A DNA stretch of 64,000 nucleotides from Prevotella sp. (GTDB lineage: Bacteria; Bacteroidota; Bacteroidia; Bacteroidales; Bacteroidaceae). A program made the translations under genes and the position numbers. Position 1 is the first letter of the stretch; every line of letters begins with the position of its first letter. This document shows, one piece after another, positions 10,051 to 18,484 of the stretch. The notes under the pieces are model-generated. The model searched no databases. It saw only the letters and a program-made list of their open reading frames with translations, and was not told the origin of the DNA. The DNA is taken from assembly GCA_022775985.1 (NCBI GenBank), contig JALFIM010000071.1, forward strand, positions 45,006 to 109,005. The letters run 5' to 3'.

Positions 10051-10806
10051 TTATTTTAGCAATTCTTTAACGATGTTTTCCAATTTGTCTACATTCAGCA
10101 TGTTGGGCCCATCGCTGAGTGCATTGTCTGGAGAGGGGTGTACCTCAAAGAAGTAGCCCGTGGCCCCAAAGGCTTTCGCGGCCATGGCCATGGCTGGCAC
10201 GAACTTCCTGTCTCCGCTTGTCGTGCCGTTGCCGGCACCGGGGCGCTGCACGCTGTGTGTGCAGTCCATGATGACGGTGGGTACGATATGCTTCATGTCG
10301 TCTATGTTGCGGAAGTCTACTACGAGGTTGTTGTAGCCGTATATGTTGCCGCGCTCAGTGAGCCAGATGTCCTTGGCGCCAGCATCACGCGCCTTCTCTA
10401 CGGGGTATCTCATGTCCGTGCCGCTGAGAAACTGTGCCTTCTTGATGTTCACTATGCGCCCTGTCTTGGCGGCGGCTGTCAGCAGGTCGGTCTGCCGGCA
10501 CAGGAATGCCGGTATCTGTATCACGTCAGCTACTTCGCCCGCGGCCTCGGCTTGCCAACTCTCGTGTATGTCAGTGAGAATCCTCAGACCGTATGACGAC
10601 TTGACGTCACTGAGCATCTGGAGCCCTTTCTCGAGTCCTGGGCCTCTGAACGACTTTATTGATGTCCTGTTGGCTTTGTCAAATGATGCCTTGAATATGA
10701 TGTCGATGCCGAGCCTGGTGTTTATGTCCTTTATCACCTTGGCTACCTCCGACAGCAATTCCGCTGATTCAATGACGCATGGGCCTGCTATGAAAACTGG
10801 ATGCAT
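10051..10806 (-). CDS. kdsA: 3-deoxy-8-phosphooctulonate (KDO8P) synthase
   Basis: IAGPCVIES, KASFDKANRTS, QIPAFLCRQTDLL, NIKKAQF, DCTHSVQ. Confidence 0.96.
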   Translation of the reverse strand: MHPVFIAGPCVIESAELLSEVAKVIKDINTRLGIDIIFKASFDKANRTSIKSFRGPGLEKGLQMLSDVKSSYGLRILTDIHESWQAEAAGEVADVIQIPAFLCRQTDLLTAAAKTGRIVNIKKAQFLSGTDMRYPVEKARDAGAKDIWLTERGNIYGYNNLVVDFRNIDDMKHIVPTVIMDCTHSVQRPGAGNGTTSGDRKFVPAMAMAAKAFGATGYFFEVHPSPDNALSDGPNMLNVDKLENIVKELLK

Positions 10807-10972
10807 GTAATAAAATATATTTTGTTATTGCAAAATTACTGAAAAACTGTTGTCGTGCCAAATCTTTGACATACATTTTAAGAACCAGCCGAAGGAAATG
10901 GTCGTGCGTGTGTTCGGCTCCTGTAATGGCACGTTATCGGTACGCTTCTGTAACGTTTTGATTCACAACGTA

Positions 10973-11061
10973 TTGCAAAACGGCCCATTTCGCATCGTAA
11001 AACGGCCCGAATCACAGCGTGAAATGGACCGAATCGCAATACGAAATGGGCCGTTTTGCAA
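10973..11061. repeat. Palindromic 22-bp-unit repeat element, copy A
   Basis: Four imperfect 22-bp units bounded by a perfect 20-bp inverted repeat TTGCAAAACGGCCCATTTCG / CGAAATGGGCCGTTTTGCAA. Confidence 0.9.
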
Positions 11062-11174
11062 ATCGATTTGTATCAGTGCGTATAATTACAGGAATATGAT
11101 ATGTAAAGCACGAATAGTAAAGCACGAAAATAAATATTTCCAATGATTTATTCTTTTGTCTAAATAAGATTCTT

Positions 11175-11182
11175 TATCTTTG
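11175..11182 (+). promoter_or_regulatory. Bacteroidetes -7 promoter box (TAnnTTTG) for the island operon
   Basis: TATCTTTG upstream of upxY-like gene; nearest TTTG (11155-11158) is 16 nt away, shorter than the usual 19-21. Confidence 0.55.
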
Positions 11183-11290
11183 TAGTCAATAATTGGCAAT
11201 TTCATCAAGAAAAGTCTATTGGTTTAATCTAATCTCTGAGCAATTACATTGTGAGATAATGCCAAACAACCTCCAACGGCTGACGCTTCA

Positions 11291-11971
11291 TTGTATAATG
11301 GGCAGCCTACCGACACAGACTTATCGTGTCCAAGTGCGAGACTTACCTCTTGTACGCCCTCCATCTCAAAGAACAGAGGTGGGGTGTCGGTAGAGAATGT
11401 GCCTACTGCAAACAGGCAATGGTTTGTTTTAAAAGTTTCGTATGGGCGTATCGTCAAGGCTAAAGCATTCGCAGAAGCTAAAGGACTTGAATGTTATGTT
11501 CCTATGCGATACAAAGAGATTAGGAAACAAGGCAAGAAACGAATCATCACAGAGCCTCTTCTTCCCTCATTTCTATTTGTTCATGCTGCAGCAGAACAAG
11601 TTGAAACATTACTCAATGAAATCAAAGTAAGTTCAGATGAGAGCAGAAACCTACTAAGTTATTACTTTAATCATACAGTCCATCTCCAAGACAACCCTGA
11701 ACGCAATCCTCCACTCATCATACGTGATGAAGCGATGGACAACTTCATCAGACTTACATCCATAAAGAATCCGCATATAATCCCTGTTACGACAGAAATT
11801 ATTCAGTATAAATTAGGAGATATGGTCATTGTGACAGATGGTGAATTTAAGAATATTCGTGGCAGAGTGGCAAGAATAGCAGGACAGCAGAGAGTGGTCG
11901 TGGAATTGTTTGAAGGATGCTTGGTGGCAACAGCCTATATACCAAAGAATGCCATGAAATTGCATGTTTGA
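11291..11971 (+). CDS. upxY: UpxY-family (NusG paralog) transcription antiterminator
   Basis: NGN domain WFVLKVSYGR...ECYVPM...EPLLPSFLFVH and KOW motif GDMVIVTDGEFKNIRGRVARIAGQQRVVVEL. Start codon uncertain (TTG 11291 or GTG 11399). Confidence 0.88.
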   Translation: MYNGQPTDTDLSCPSARLTSCTPSISKNRGGVSVENVPTANRQWFVLKVSYGRIVKAKAFAEAKGLECYVPMRYKEIRKQGKKRIITEPLLPSFLFVHAAAEQVETLLNEIKVSSDESRNLLSYYFNHTVHLQDNPERNPPLIIRDEAMDNFIRLTSIKNPHIIPVTTEIIQYKLGDMVIVTDGEFKNIRGRVARIAGQQRVVVELFEGCLVATAYIPKNAMKLHV

Positions 11972-11992
11972 CATTTAATCATCACAATATCA

Positions 11993-13612
11993 ATGACTGG
12001 AAAAACGAAAAACATACTGAGCTTCAATCATAAGGAGGCTATGGATTTCTTCTTGAAATCAGAGCAATATCACGGATTTGAATTACCTGAATATTTCGTA
12101 TTCGATGACTTGCTTCAAAGAGTCAAGAATGCAGTTGACGATACGCCCTATGAGAAATGCTTAAATGAAGAAACTTCACCCGAACAATTATCAGATGTAA
12201 ACCTCAACATTCTGCTAAACAAGGATGGACGTTATGCTGTTCGCCCCATTATTCTTGCTAATCCGTTCCTTTATTATTTTCTTGTTAGGGAAATTTGCAA
12301 TGAGCAATCATGGACGGTTATAAAGCAACTATTTGAGAAGTTCAGCGTTCCACATATTACATCTTGCGCTCTGCCTGTCATACCTAAAGAGAAAGAGCCA
12401 TTTCATAAATCCACCACTATCCTCAATTGGTGGAGTTCCATGGAACAACGAAGCATCGAGTTGTCCTTGGAATATCGTTATATGTTCGTTACGGACATCA
12501 CCAACTGTTATGGTTCAGTAAATCCACAAGTTTTTGATTGGGCTTTCTCATTCAGAGGTACAAAGTACGAAACGGAACAAGTAAGCCCCATTGCCAAGAA
12601 TATCCAAAAGTATCTTCGTGCCTTCCAACAAGGGCGCAACATTGGCATTCCCCAGGGGAGTGCCATATTCGACTTTATAGGCGAAATTATTCTTGGCTAT
12701 TCTGACTTATTACTTCACGAAGCTATAAAGAGAGAGGGTATCAAAGCTCCTTACGAAATCATCCGTTACCGTGATGACTACCGCATATTCTGTAACGACA
12801 AAGATGAACTTGAAAAGATTTCATATATTCTTCAACACGTGCTGGAGAGTTTGAACTTCCGCATGAATAGCAAGAAGACCAAGATTAGTGACAGCATAGT
12901 TACCGATGCTGTCAAGCCCGACAAACTTGCCTATATCTACAACACACCTATATTTAACAAGAAAGGTTGCGACTTTGACAGTTTCGAGAAACACCTGCTT
13001 TACATTTTGCTGTTTGCTCGGCAATATCCCGACAGTGGTTCTATAAAAACTATGCTCTCGGACATAGACAAAAGAATCGAAGATTGGCTCAAGCCTTATG
13101 AAGAAGAGGTTACCACCATACCTATTCTTGAAGGAGGTGAACCAAAGGCTGAAAAAATAATGAAGCAACGCAGACTTATAGGAGGCAGCATCCGAGCCAT
13201 GTCAGCGGTCTGTGCACAAATAGCCTTAGAGAATGTTGGCTGTTGCCATTACGCCCTGCGAGTTCTTAGTCGAATGGTGGACTCCTTAAAAGGCAAAAAG
13301 GAAAAAAGCGCTATCATCAGTCTCGTTTATTCAAAGCTCTGCAACCAACCAAACTCCGACTACAACCAGCTCTGGCTACAGAACATGACGTATCAACGAG
13401 ACAAAAAAGGCACATCACCGTATAAAGTGCGGCTGTGCCGTGTGGTAGCAGGGGACAAGGATGTGGAATTGTGGAATAATGAGTGGGTGAAGCCTCAATT
13501 CTTGTCAGGCTTGCATATGAATGGAATTATCGATGAAAAGACCTTGAAGAAGGTTACACCAGTGATTACGTTTAGGGAAACGAGAATGTATAATGAGTTT
13601 ACAGTTTGCTGA
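11993..13612 (+). CDS. Reverse transcriptase, UG/Abi defence class with helical C-terminus (DRT4/UG15- or AbiP2-like)
   Basis: TDITNCYGS (D168), GIPQGSAIFDFIGEIILGY, RYRDDYRIF (YRDD at 12767-12778), NSKKT; about 230-aa helical C-terminal region; no maturase/HNH domain. Confidence 0.9.
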   Translation: MTGKTKNILSFNHKEAMDFFLKSEQYHGFELPEYFVFDDLLQRVKNAVDDTPYEKCLNEETSPEQLSDVNLNILLNKDGRYAVRPIILANPFLYYFLVREICNEQSWTVIKQLFEKFSVPHITSCALPVIPKEKEPFHKSTTILNWWSSMEQRSIELSLEYRYMFVTDITNCYGSVNPQVFDWAFSFRGTKYETEQVSPIAKNIQKYLRAFQQGRNIGIPQGSAIFDFIGEIILGYSDLLLHEAIKREGIKAPYEIIRYRDDYRIFCNDKDELEKISYILQHVLESLNFRMNSKKTKISDSIVTDAVKPDKLAYIYNTPIFNKKGCDFDSFEKHLLYILLFARQYPDSGSIKTMLSDIDKRIEDWLKPYEEEVTTIPILEGGEPKAEKIMKQRRLIGGSIRAMSAVCAQIALENVGCCHYALRVLSRMVDSLKGKKEKSAIISLVYSKLCNQPNSDYNQLWLQNMTYQRDKKGTSPYKVRLCRVVAGDKDVELWNNEWVKPQFLSGLHMNGIIDEKTLKKVTPVITFRETRMYNEFTVC

Positions 13613-15692
13613 TTATAATATGGACTATAAGAATAATTCAGAAATAATGAACAATATGGAACTTACAACTCAACAAAATAAAGTCTTTGAACAAATTAAG
13701 GCATTTCTTAATAGTGATGCATCTGTTTTTATCCTTCGAGGCTATGCAGGTACTGGTAAAACCACTATGGTAAAAGTTGTGGCTGACTATATAACTAAAA
13801 GCCGCCAGTTGACTATGATGGCTCCTACAGGACGAGCAGCGAGAGTACTTTCTGCTAAAACAGGATATGAAGCAACAACGATACACAAAGCTATTTATGA
13901 AAAAGCACATATTGTACCTAAAAAAGTCAAAGATATTGCAGAGTCAGAGTTCAAGTTCATGTTTCCTATTCATCAATCTGAAAATGGAGGTAATATAGTT
14001 GCAATAGTGGATGAGGCTTCTATGGTTTGCTCTCGAAAGATTGAACATGAGTTGTTTGTATTCGGAACCGATAATCTAATGGATGATCTTCTTACATATG
14101 TACGTCCGAATTTTGGTGGCAAGGTTATCTTTGTTGGTGATCCTGCGCAGTTGCCACCTGTAGGAGAAGCTGTTTCAAATGCATTACGGGCAGATTTTTT
14201 CCAAAAGAAAGGTTTGAAAGTTATAGAAACAGAACTTACCGAAGTGCTCCGTCAAAAAGGTGACAGTATTATCCTTAAGAATGCTATGATGATACGCGAT
14301 CTTCTCAACAAAGATAAGCGTAATCAACTTGTATTTGAAGAGCAAAAGGATGACGTAGAAACTGTTCCTTCTGAACAATTCCTTGACAAATACCTTAATT
14401 ACAGGAGGAAATCAGGGAAAAATGACAGTGTTGTCATCTGTTATTCTAACAAATCTGCAAACAGATACAACAGGGATATTCGTAAGGCTCTCTATGGTGA
14501 AGATGTGCCGATTAGAGAAAATGACATTCTGCTTATTACACAAAATAACTACATGCTAAATCGTATGAATGGAGAGTTTGTTCCTGTACTTTCTGTAGGA
14601 GCAAGAACACAACAGTCTGCTCCTGTATATATTCAGAGAGGAGGAATAAAACAGCGTGTTATCATTACATTGAACTTTGTGCAAGTAACAGTAACAGATG
14701 GTGATGGAAATCCAATGTTGTGCATGTTGATAGAAGATTTACTGACAAGTGATAAGGCTACAATTTCTATTGATGAGAATAGGGCTCTATATATCAATTT
14801 CTGCATGAGGCATCCAAAATTGAAACAGGGCACAGAGGATTTTGCAGAAGCCCTTCTATCTGATGAGTATTATAATGCAATACGTGCCAAATATGGCTAT
14901 GCTGTAACAGGGCATAAATGCCAAGGTGGTGAATGGGGAAAAGTATTTGTTGACTATACTAGTAGAACAGGACTAGATAACGACAGCTTAAGATGGGCAT
15001 ACACAGCTACAACACGAGCACAAAAAACACTTTATGTAGCAAACCTTCCACACATCACACCGTTTTCGAAATTCAGAATTGACCCTGTACAAAAGTGCAA
15101 AAACATAGATCTGGAATGCAGAATCCTTGACGAAGTTCCACTAACACCATTCCACGATAAAAATGTAGACAATGGCGTAAGGGCTAAGTTCCATTGTATT
15201 ACAAAAAACATGGAGTATACTCCTTACAAAATCTTAAGTGTACAAAGTCGTCCTTATTTGGAAATTTACAATGTACAAACACCTGATGGGGTTGATAGGT
15301 ATGACCTTCATTACAAGGCTGGGAGTATATTTTTGCCGGCAAAAGCTACATCTCCAAATCAGCATACACCGCTCATTAATATGATGCTGAATGACGAACG
15401 ATGTATATCTTACAAATTTAATTATGTTCCTTCTGACGAATCCCACAGCAAACTGTTTGATCTGATAAGATCTGCTTGTGATTCTATAAGCGTTCAAATT
15501 ACAAATGTTGTTGAACATCCAGAAGATTTTAGTACTTTATTTTACATGCGTACTAGTGAAACCTTCTCCTATATAAAGGTGTATGTAAATTCTGACGGAT
15601 TTATCACATATGCCAAACCTATGTCTCTGAAGGGTAAAGAAGATGGAGAACTTAGTGCAATAATAGAAATTATAAATTCACATTTCATATAA
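13593..15692 (+). CDS. RecD-like SF1B helicase with C-terminal duplicated beta-rich (putative TBP-like) domain
   Basis: Walker A GYAGTGKT, APTGRAA, IVDEASMV, VGDPAQLPPV, YAVTGHKCQGGEW, WAYTATTRA; about 160-aa tail with two similar repeats. True start may be 13620-13656. Confidence 0.9.
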   Translation: MSLQFADYNMDYKNNSEIMNNMELTTQQNKVFEQIKAFLNSDASVFILRGYAGTGKTTMVKVVADYITKSRQLTMMAPTGRAARVLSAKTGYEATTIHKAIYEKAHIVPKKVKDIAESEFKFMFPIHQSENGGNIVAIVDEASMVCSRKIEHELFVFGTDNLMDDLLTYVRPNFGGKVIFVGDPAQLPPVGEAVSNALRADFFQKKGLKVIETELTEVLRQKGDSIILKNAMMIRDLLNKDKRNQLVFEEQKDDVETVPSEQFLDKYLNYRRKSGKNDSVVICYSNKSANRYNRDIRKALYGEDVPIRENDILLITQNNYMLNRMNGEFVPVLSVGARTQQSAPVYIQRGGIKQRVIITLNFVQVTVTDGDGNPMLCMLIEDLLTSDKATISIDENRALYINFCMRHPKLKQGTEDFAEALLSDEYYNAIRAKYGYAVTGHKCQGGEWGKVFVDYTSRTGLDNDSLRWAYTATTRAQKTLYVANLPHITPFSKFRIDPVQKCKNIDLECRILDEVPLTPFHDKNVDNGVRAKFHCITKNMEYTPYKILSVQSRPYLEIYNVQTPDGVDRYDLHYKAGSIFLPAKATSPNQHTPLINMMLNDERCISYKFNYVPSDESHSKLFDLIRSACDSISVQITNVVEHPEDFSTLFYMRTSETFSYIKVYVNSDGFITYAKPMSLKGKEDGELSAIIEIINSHFI

Positions 15693-15693
15693 T

Positions 15694-17178
15694 ATGGCAA
15701 ATGTTAGAGATATAACGACAAAGTGCAAGGAAGGTCAAGTGCAGGAGGCATACGATATTGCTAAAGCTGATTTCGTGGCTATGCCAACCGATGTTTGGAA
15801 ACAAAGAGAGCTTGGTTGGGCACTATATTACATGATAAAAGCTGATTCCGAAAAAGGGGATTACACAAAGTTATTGGGACATATTGACGAACTGAAATCA
15901 TTGAGTCAACTGACATTAACTAATGACAATATGATTTTTGACAATGTCCAATTTCAAATAGCAAATTATATTAGGGTTCATATACCCTTTACTGATATAG
16001 AAGCATCAACAAAACTTTCAACATTTTTTCTGAAGCTAAAGGATTATAACTTCAAATCATCTGTTGGACATTCCTACCTTCTCCAATCCTTTCTCAAATT
16101 TGGGAATTGGCCTGAAATGCCTGACTTCTTTGACTGGTGGAATTTGGACAATCTAACTTCTGGAGACTATACACCATACGTCAATCAGAAAGGGCAAAAA
16201 ATGATGACCCTTGCGGAGCGTGCTTTCATAGCAAATTCCAAGGCATTGCTTAAGCTAAATGATCTTGGACGAATTGAGGAATTCCTTCCCAAGTTGGATA
16301 TTCTTATGAATAACCATAAGGAAATGATGTATCCAGGTTATTTCTACGGAAAACTTCTCCTGGCTTTAGGAAGTAATAGTGATGAAGCTTTAAAAGTTAT
16401 TATACCTTTTGTGAGAAAAAAAACTACTGAGTTTTGGGCCTGGCAGCTTTTAAGTGATGTTTTCACGGATGATGAGGAAAAGCAACTAGCTTGTCTGCTA
16501 CGTGCTGTTCATTGCAGAACAAAAGAAACTTTTCTTGGCAAAGTTCATATCAAATTAGCCAATTTGTATATAAAGCGTAGACAATTTAACTCTGCACGCT
16601 ATCATATCGATGCTGTAATACGATGTTATGTTTCACAAGGCTGGAGACTACCAACCGAAATAGATTGCTGGATACATCAACCTTGGCTTAATTCTACTAT
16701 ACCAGACGGAAATGCCCCTATTGATTATATGTCCATTACGAATGACATATTATGCAATGGCGCAGAAGAATGTATTGCAGTCGTTACATACGTTGATCAA
16801 ACCAATCATAAGGCTTTTATTATTTATGGCAAAGAGAAACGTACTGTTCAGAAGTTACGATTTAGAGTACAGGCGGGAAGTACATTGAAATTACATTATA
16901 TTACAGATAGTGAAGGCAGAATGAAAATTATTAGTTCAACAAGACTTCAGCTGCCTTCGAATCTAAATTATGCAAAATATGTAGAGGGAAAGATTGACAA
17001 AAGAGATGATAAAGAATTTGCATTCTTGAAGTCGGATTCTATAAGTTGCTTTGTTTCACCTAATATTGTGAAAAAATACGACTTAAAGAATGGGGATAAT
17101 ATCAGAAGTCTGATTATCTATGATTATGACAAGAAGAAGGATATGTGGAATTGGGTTTGTGTAAATGCAAAGAAGTAA
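15694..17178 (+). CDS. Helical-repeat (TPR-like) protein with C-terminal S1/CSD-like OB folds
   Basis: Helical repeats (QEAYDIAK..., WAWQLLSDVF, LKLANLYIKRRQFNSARY); C-terminal beta-rich modules IAVVTYVDQ and VEGKIDKRDDKEFAFLKSDSISCFVSPNIV. Confidence 0.65.
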   Translation: MANVRDITTKCKEGQVQEAYDIAKADFVAMPTDVWKQRELGWALYYMIKADSEKGDYTKLLGHIDELKSLSQLTLTNDNMIFDNVQFQIANYIRVHIPFTDIEASTKLSTFFLKLKDYNFKSSVGHSYLLQSFLKFGNWPEMPDFFDWWNLDNLTSGDYTPYVNQKGQKMMTLAERAFIANSKALLKLNDLGRIEEFLPKLDILMNNHKEMMYPGYFYGKLLLALGSNSDEALKVIIPFVRKKTTEFWAWQLLSDVFTDDEEKQLACLLRAVHCRTKETFLGKVHIKLANLYIKRRQFNSARYHIDAVIRCYVSQGWRLPTEIDCWIHQPWLNSTIPDGNAPIDYMSITNDILCNGAEECIAVVTYVDQTNHKAFIIYGKEKRTVQKLRFRVQAGSTLKLHYITDSEGRMKIISSTRLQLPSNLNYAKYVEGKIDKRDDKEFAFLKSDSISCFVSPNIVKKYDLKNGDNIRSLIIYDYDKKKDMWNWVCVNAKK

Positions 17179-17184
17179 AAAAAT

Positions 17185-17586
17185 ATGAAAGAGTTAACAC
17201 ATAATGCTAAGATAGCAGTATTAAAAATATTGAATGACATCGTTAATGCAGATAACATTGTAAAAGATGTAGAGGTAGATTATATGAATGAAATTGCACG
17301 TTATTTCGAACTTGCAGATAATTATATGGACGAGGTAAACAATATCGTTACTTCGCAAGCTTTGTCAATAGTAAGAACTCTCCCAACTGATTTAAAAGAG
17401 AAAATTACCAAGATGATGGGAAAGATGATTGTTATTGATAAAGATATTAATTATAACGAGGTAAAACTATATAATGCAGTCTGTGAGTCATGTAATATTG
17501 AACAAAATTTCAATATTGAAGATTATTCGTGGTGTACTTTTAGTGGAACATTAGTTAATCCTGAAGACTTTGCGAATATTATTTGA
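17185..17586 (+). CDS. TerB-like (tellurite-resistance B fold) protein
   Basis: IAVLKILNDIVNADNIVKDVEVDYM and KMIVIDKDINYNEVKLYNAV fit the duplicated AD(G)xxxxxE pattern of TerB. Confidence 0.7.
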   Translation: MKELTHNAKIAVLKILNDIVNADNIVKDVEVDYMNEIARYFELADNYMDEVNNIVTSQALSIVRTLPTDLKEKITKMMGKMIVIDKDINYNEVKLYNAVCESCNIEQNFNIEDYSWCTFSGTLVNPEDFANII

Positions 17587-17617
17587 TTAGTTACTTAACA
17601 CTTGAAACCAAGCATAT

Positions 17618-18449
17618 ATGAACATAGCAGACCAAATACGTCTAAAACTCCAACTGAAGGAGAATTCAGAAGTGGAATATAAGTCACTGCTGGCGGCTTT
17701 CCGAAAGTTGAATTTTGGCGTTCTTTCTCAGCCTTGGCCAATACCAACGGCGGCACGATTGTATTAGGAGTGAAAGAGAAGAACCATAAATTCACGCCAG
17801 ATGGTCTCTCTGAAGAACTTGTCGCAAAATACAGAAAGCAGTTTTGGGATGATGCACACAATAAGTCGTGTGTGAACATCCCGTTATTGGTTGAGAGGTG
17901 ATATCGAAGAAATAAAGACTGACGGAGGGCAATATCTACTTGCCTTTAGAATACCTCGTGCCCAATACGATTTGCGCCCAATACACCTTACACTAACTCC
18001 ATTTGGACATACCTATAAGCGTAGGGACGAGGGCGATTATCTGTGCAGTGACGATGAGGTGAAGCAGATGTATTCGGATGCCAATAATATGAGGGCATCC
18101 AACTATTGAGGAAAAGAATAATCCTGACAGAATTGAAACTTACCTGTCTTTGGTAAATCATACCAATATAGCTACGGAAACTTCTACTGTAACTACAGAA
18201 ACTTCAGCAAAAACTACGGAAACCACTACGGAAACTTTATCAGATACTGCGGAAACTCCAACAAAAACTACCGAAACTATTATTGATTCTATCCGAAATA
18301 ATCCGAAAATAACAACCAAAGAGATAGCTGCTGTATGTAGAATTACTGAAGATTGTGTTTCTTACCATATCAAGAAACTGAAACAAATGGGTAAAATAGT
18401 CCGTGTTGGTGGCTCTCGTAATAGAGGAGAATGGAAAGTCGTTGAATAG
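17618..18449 (+). pseudogene. Decayed AlbA_2/Schlafen-domain plus winged-HTH gene
   Basis: MNIADQ...ENSEVEYKS (frameshift) GGFPKVEFWRSFSALANTNGGTIVLGVKE... (frameshift near 17897) GDIEEIK...YKRRDEGDY, stop at 18109, then DRIETYLSL, a T/E-rich linker and HTH NPKITTKEIAAVC...GGSRNRGEWKVVE. The usual middle ATPase-like part is missing. Confidence 0.8.
18171..18279 (+). repeat. Short tandem repeat ACTACGGAAACT (TTET) in linker
   Basis: About six imperfect copies, mostly 21-nt period. Confidence 0.7.
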
Positions 18450-18484
18450 GTTTATATCAAAATTTAGCAACAACAACAAAGAAT

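Noticed and set aside
10973-11061. CRISPR mini-array
   Set aside because: Units are contiguous 22-mers without unique spacers, and no cas genes are present.
11972-11992. Retron msr-msd or DRT ncRNA upstream of the RT
   Set aside because: Only 21 nt available, no long flanking inverted repeats seen, and no retron VTG motif after YxDD.
17595-17879. 94-aa minus-strand ORF
   Set aside because: Antisense to the AlbA_2 pseudogene frame, which carries the recognisable motifs.
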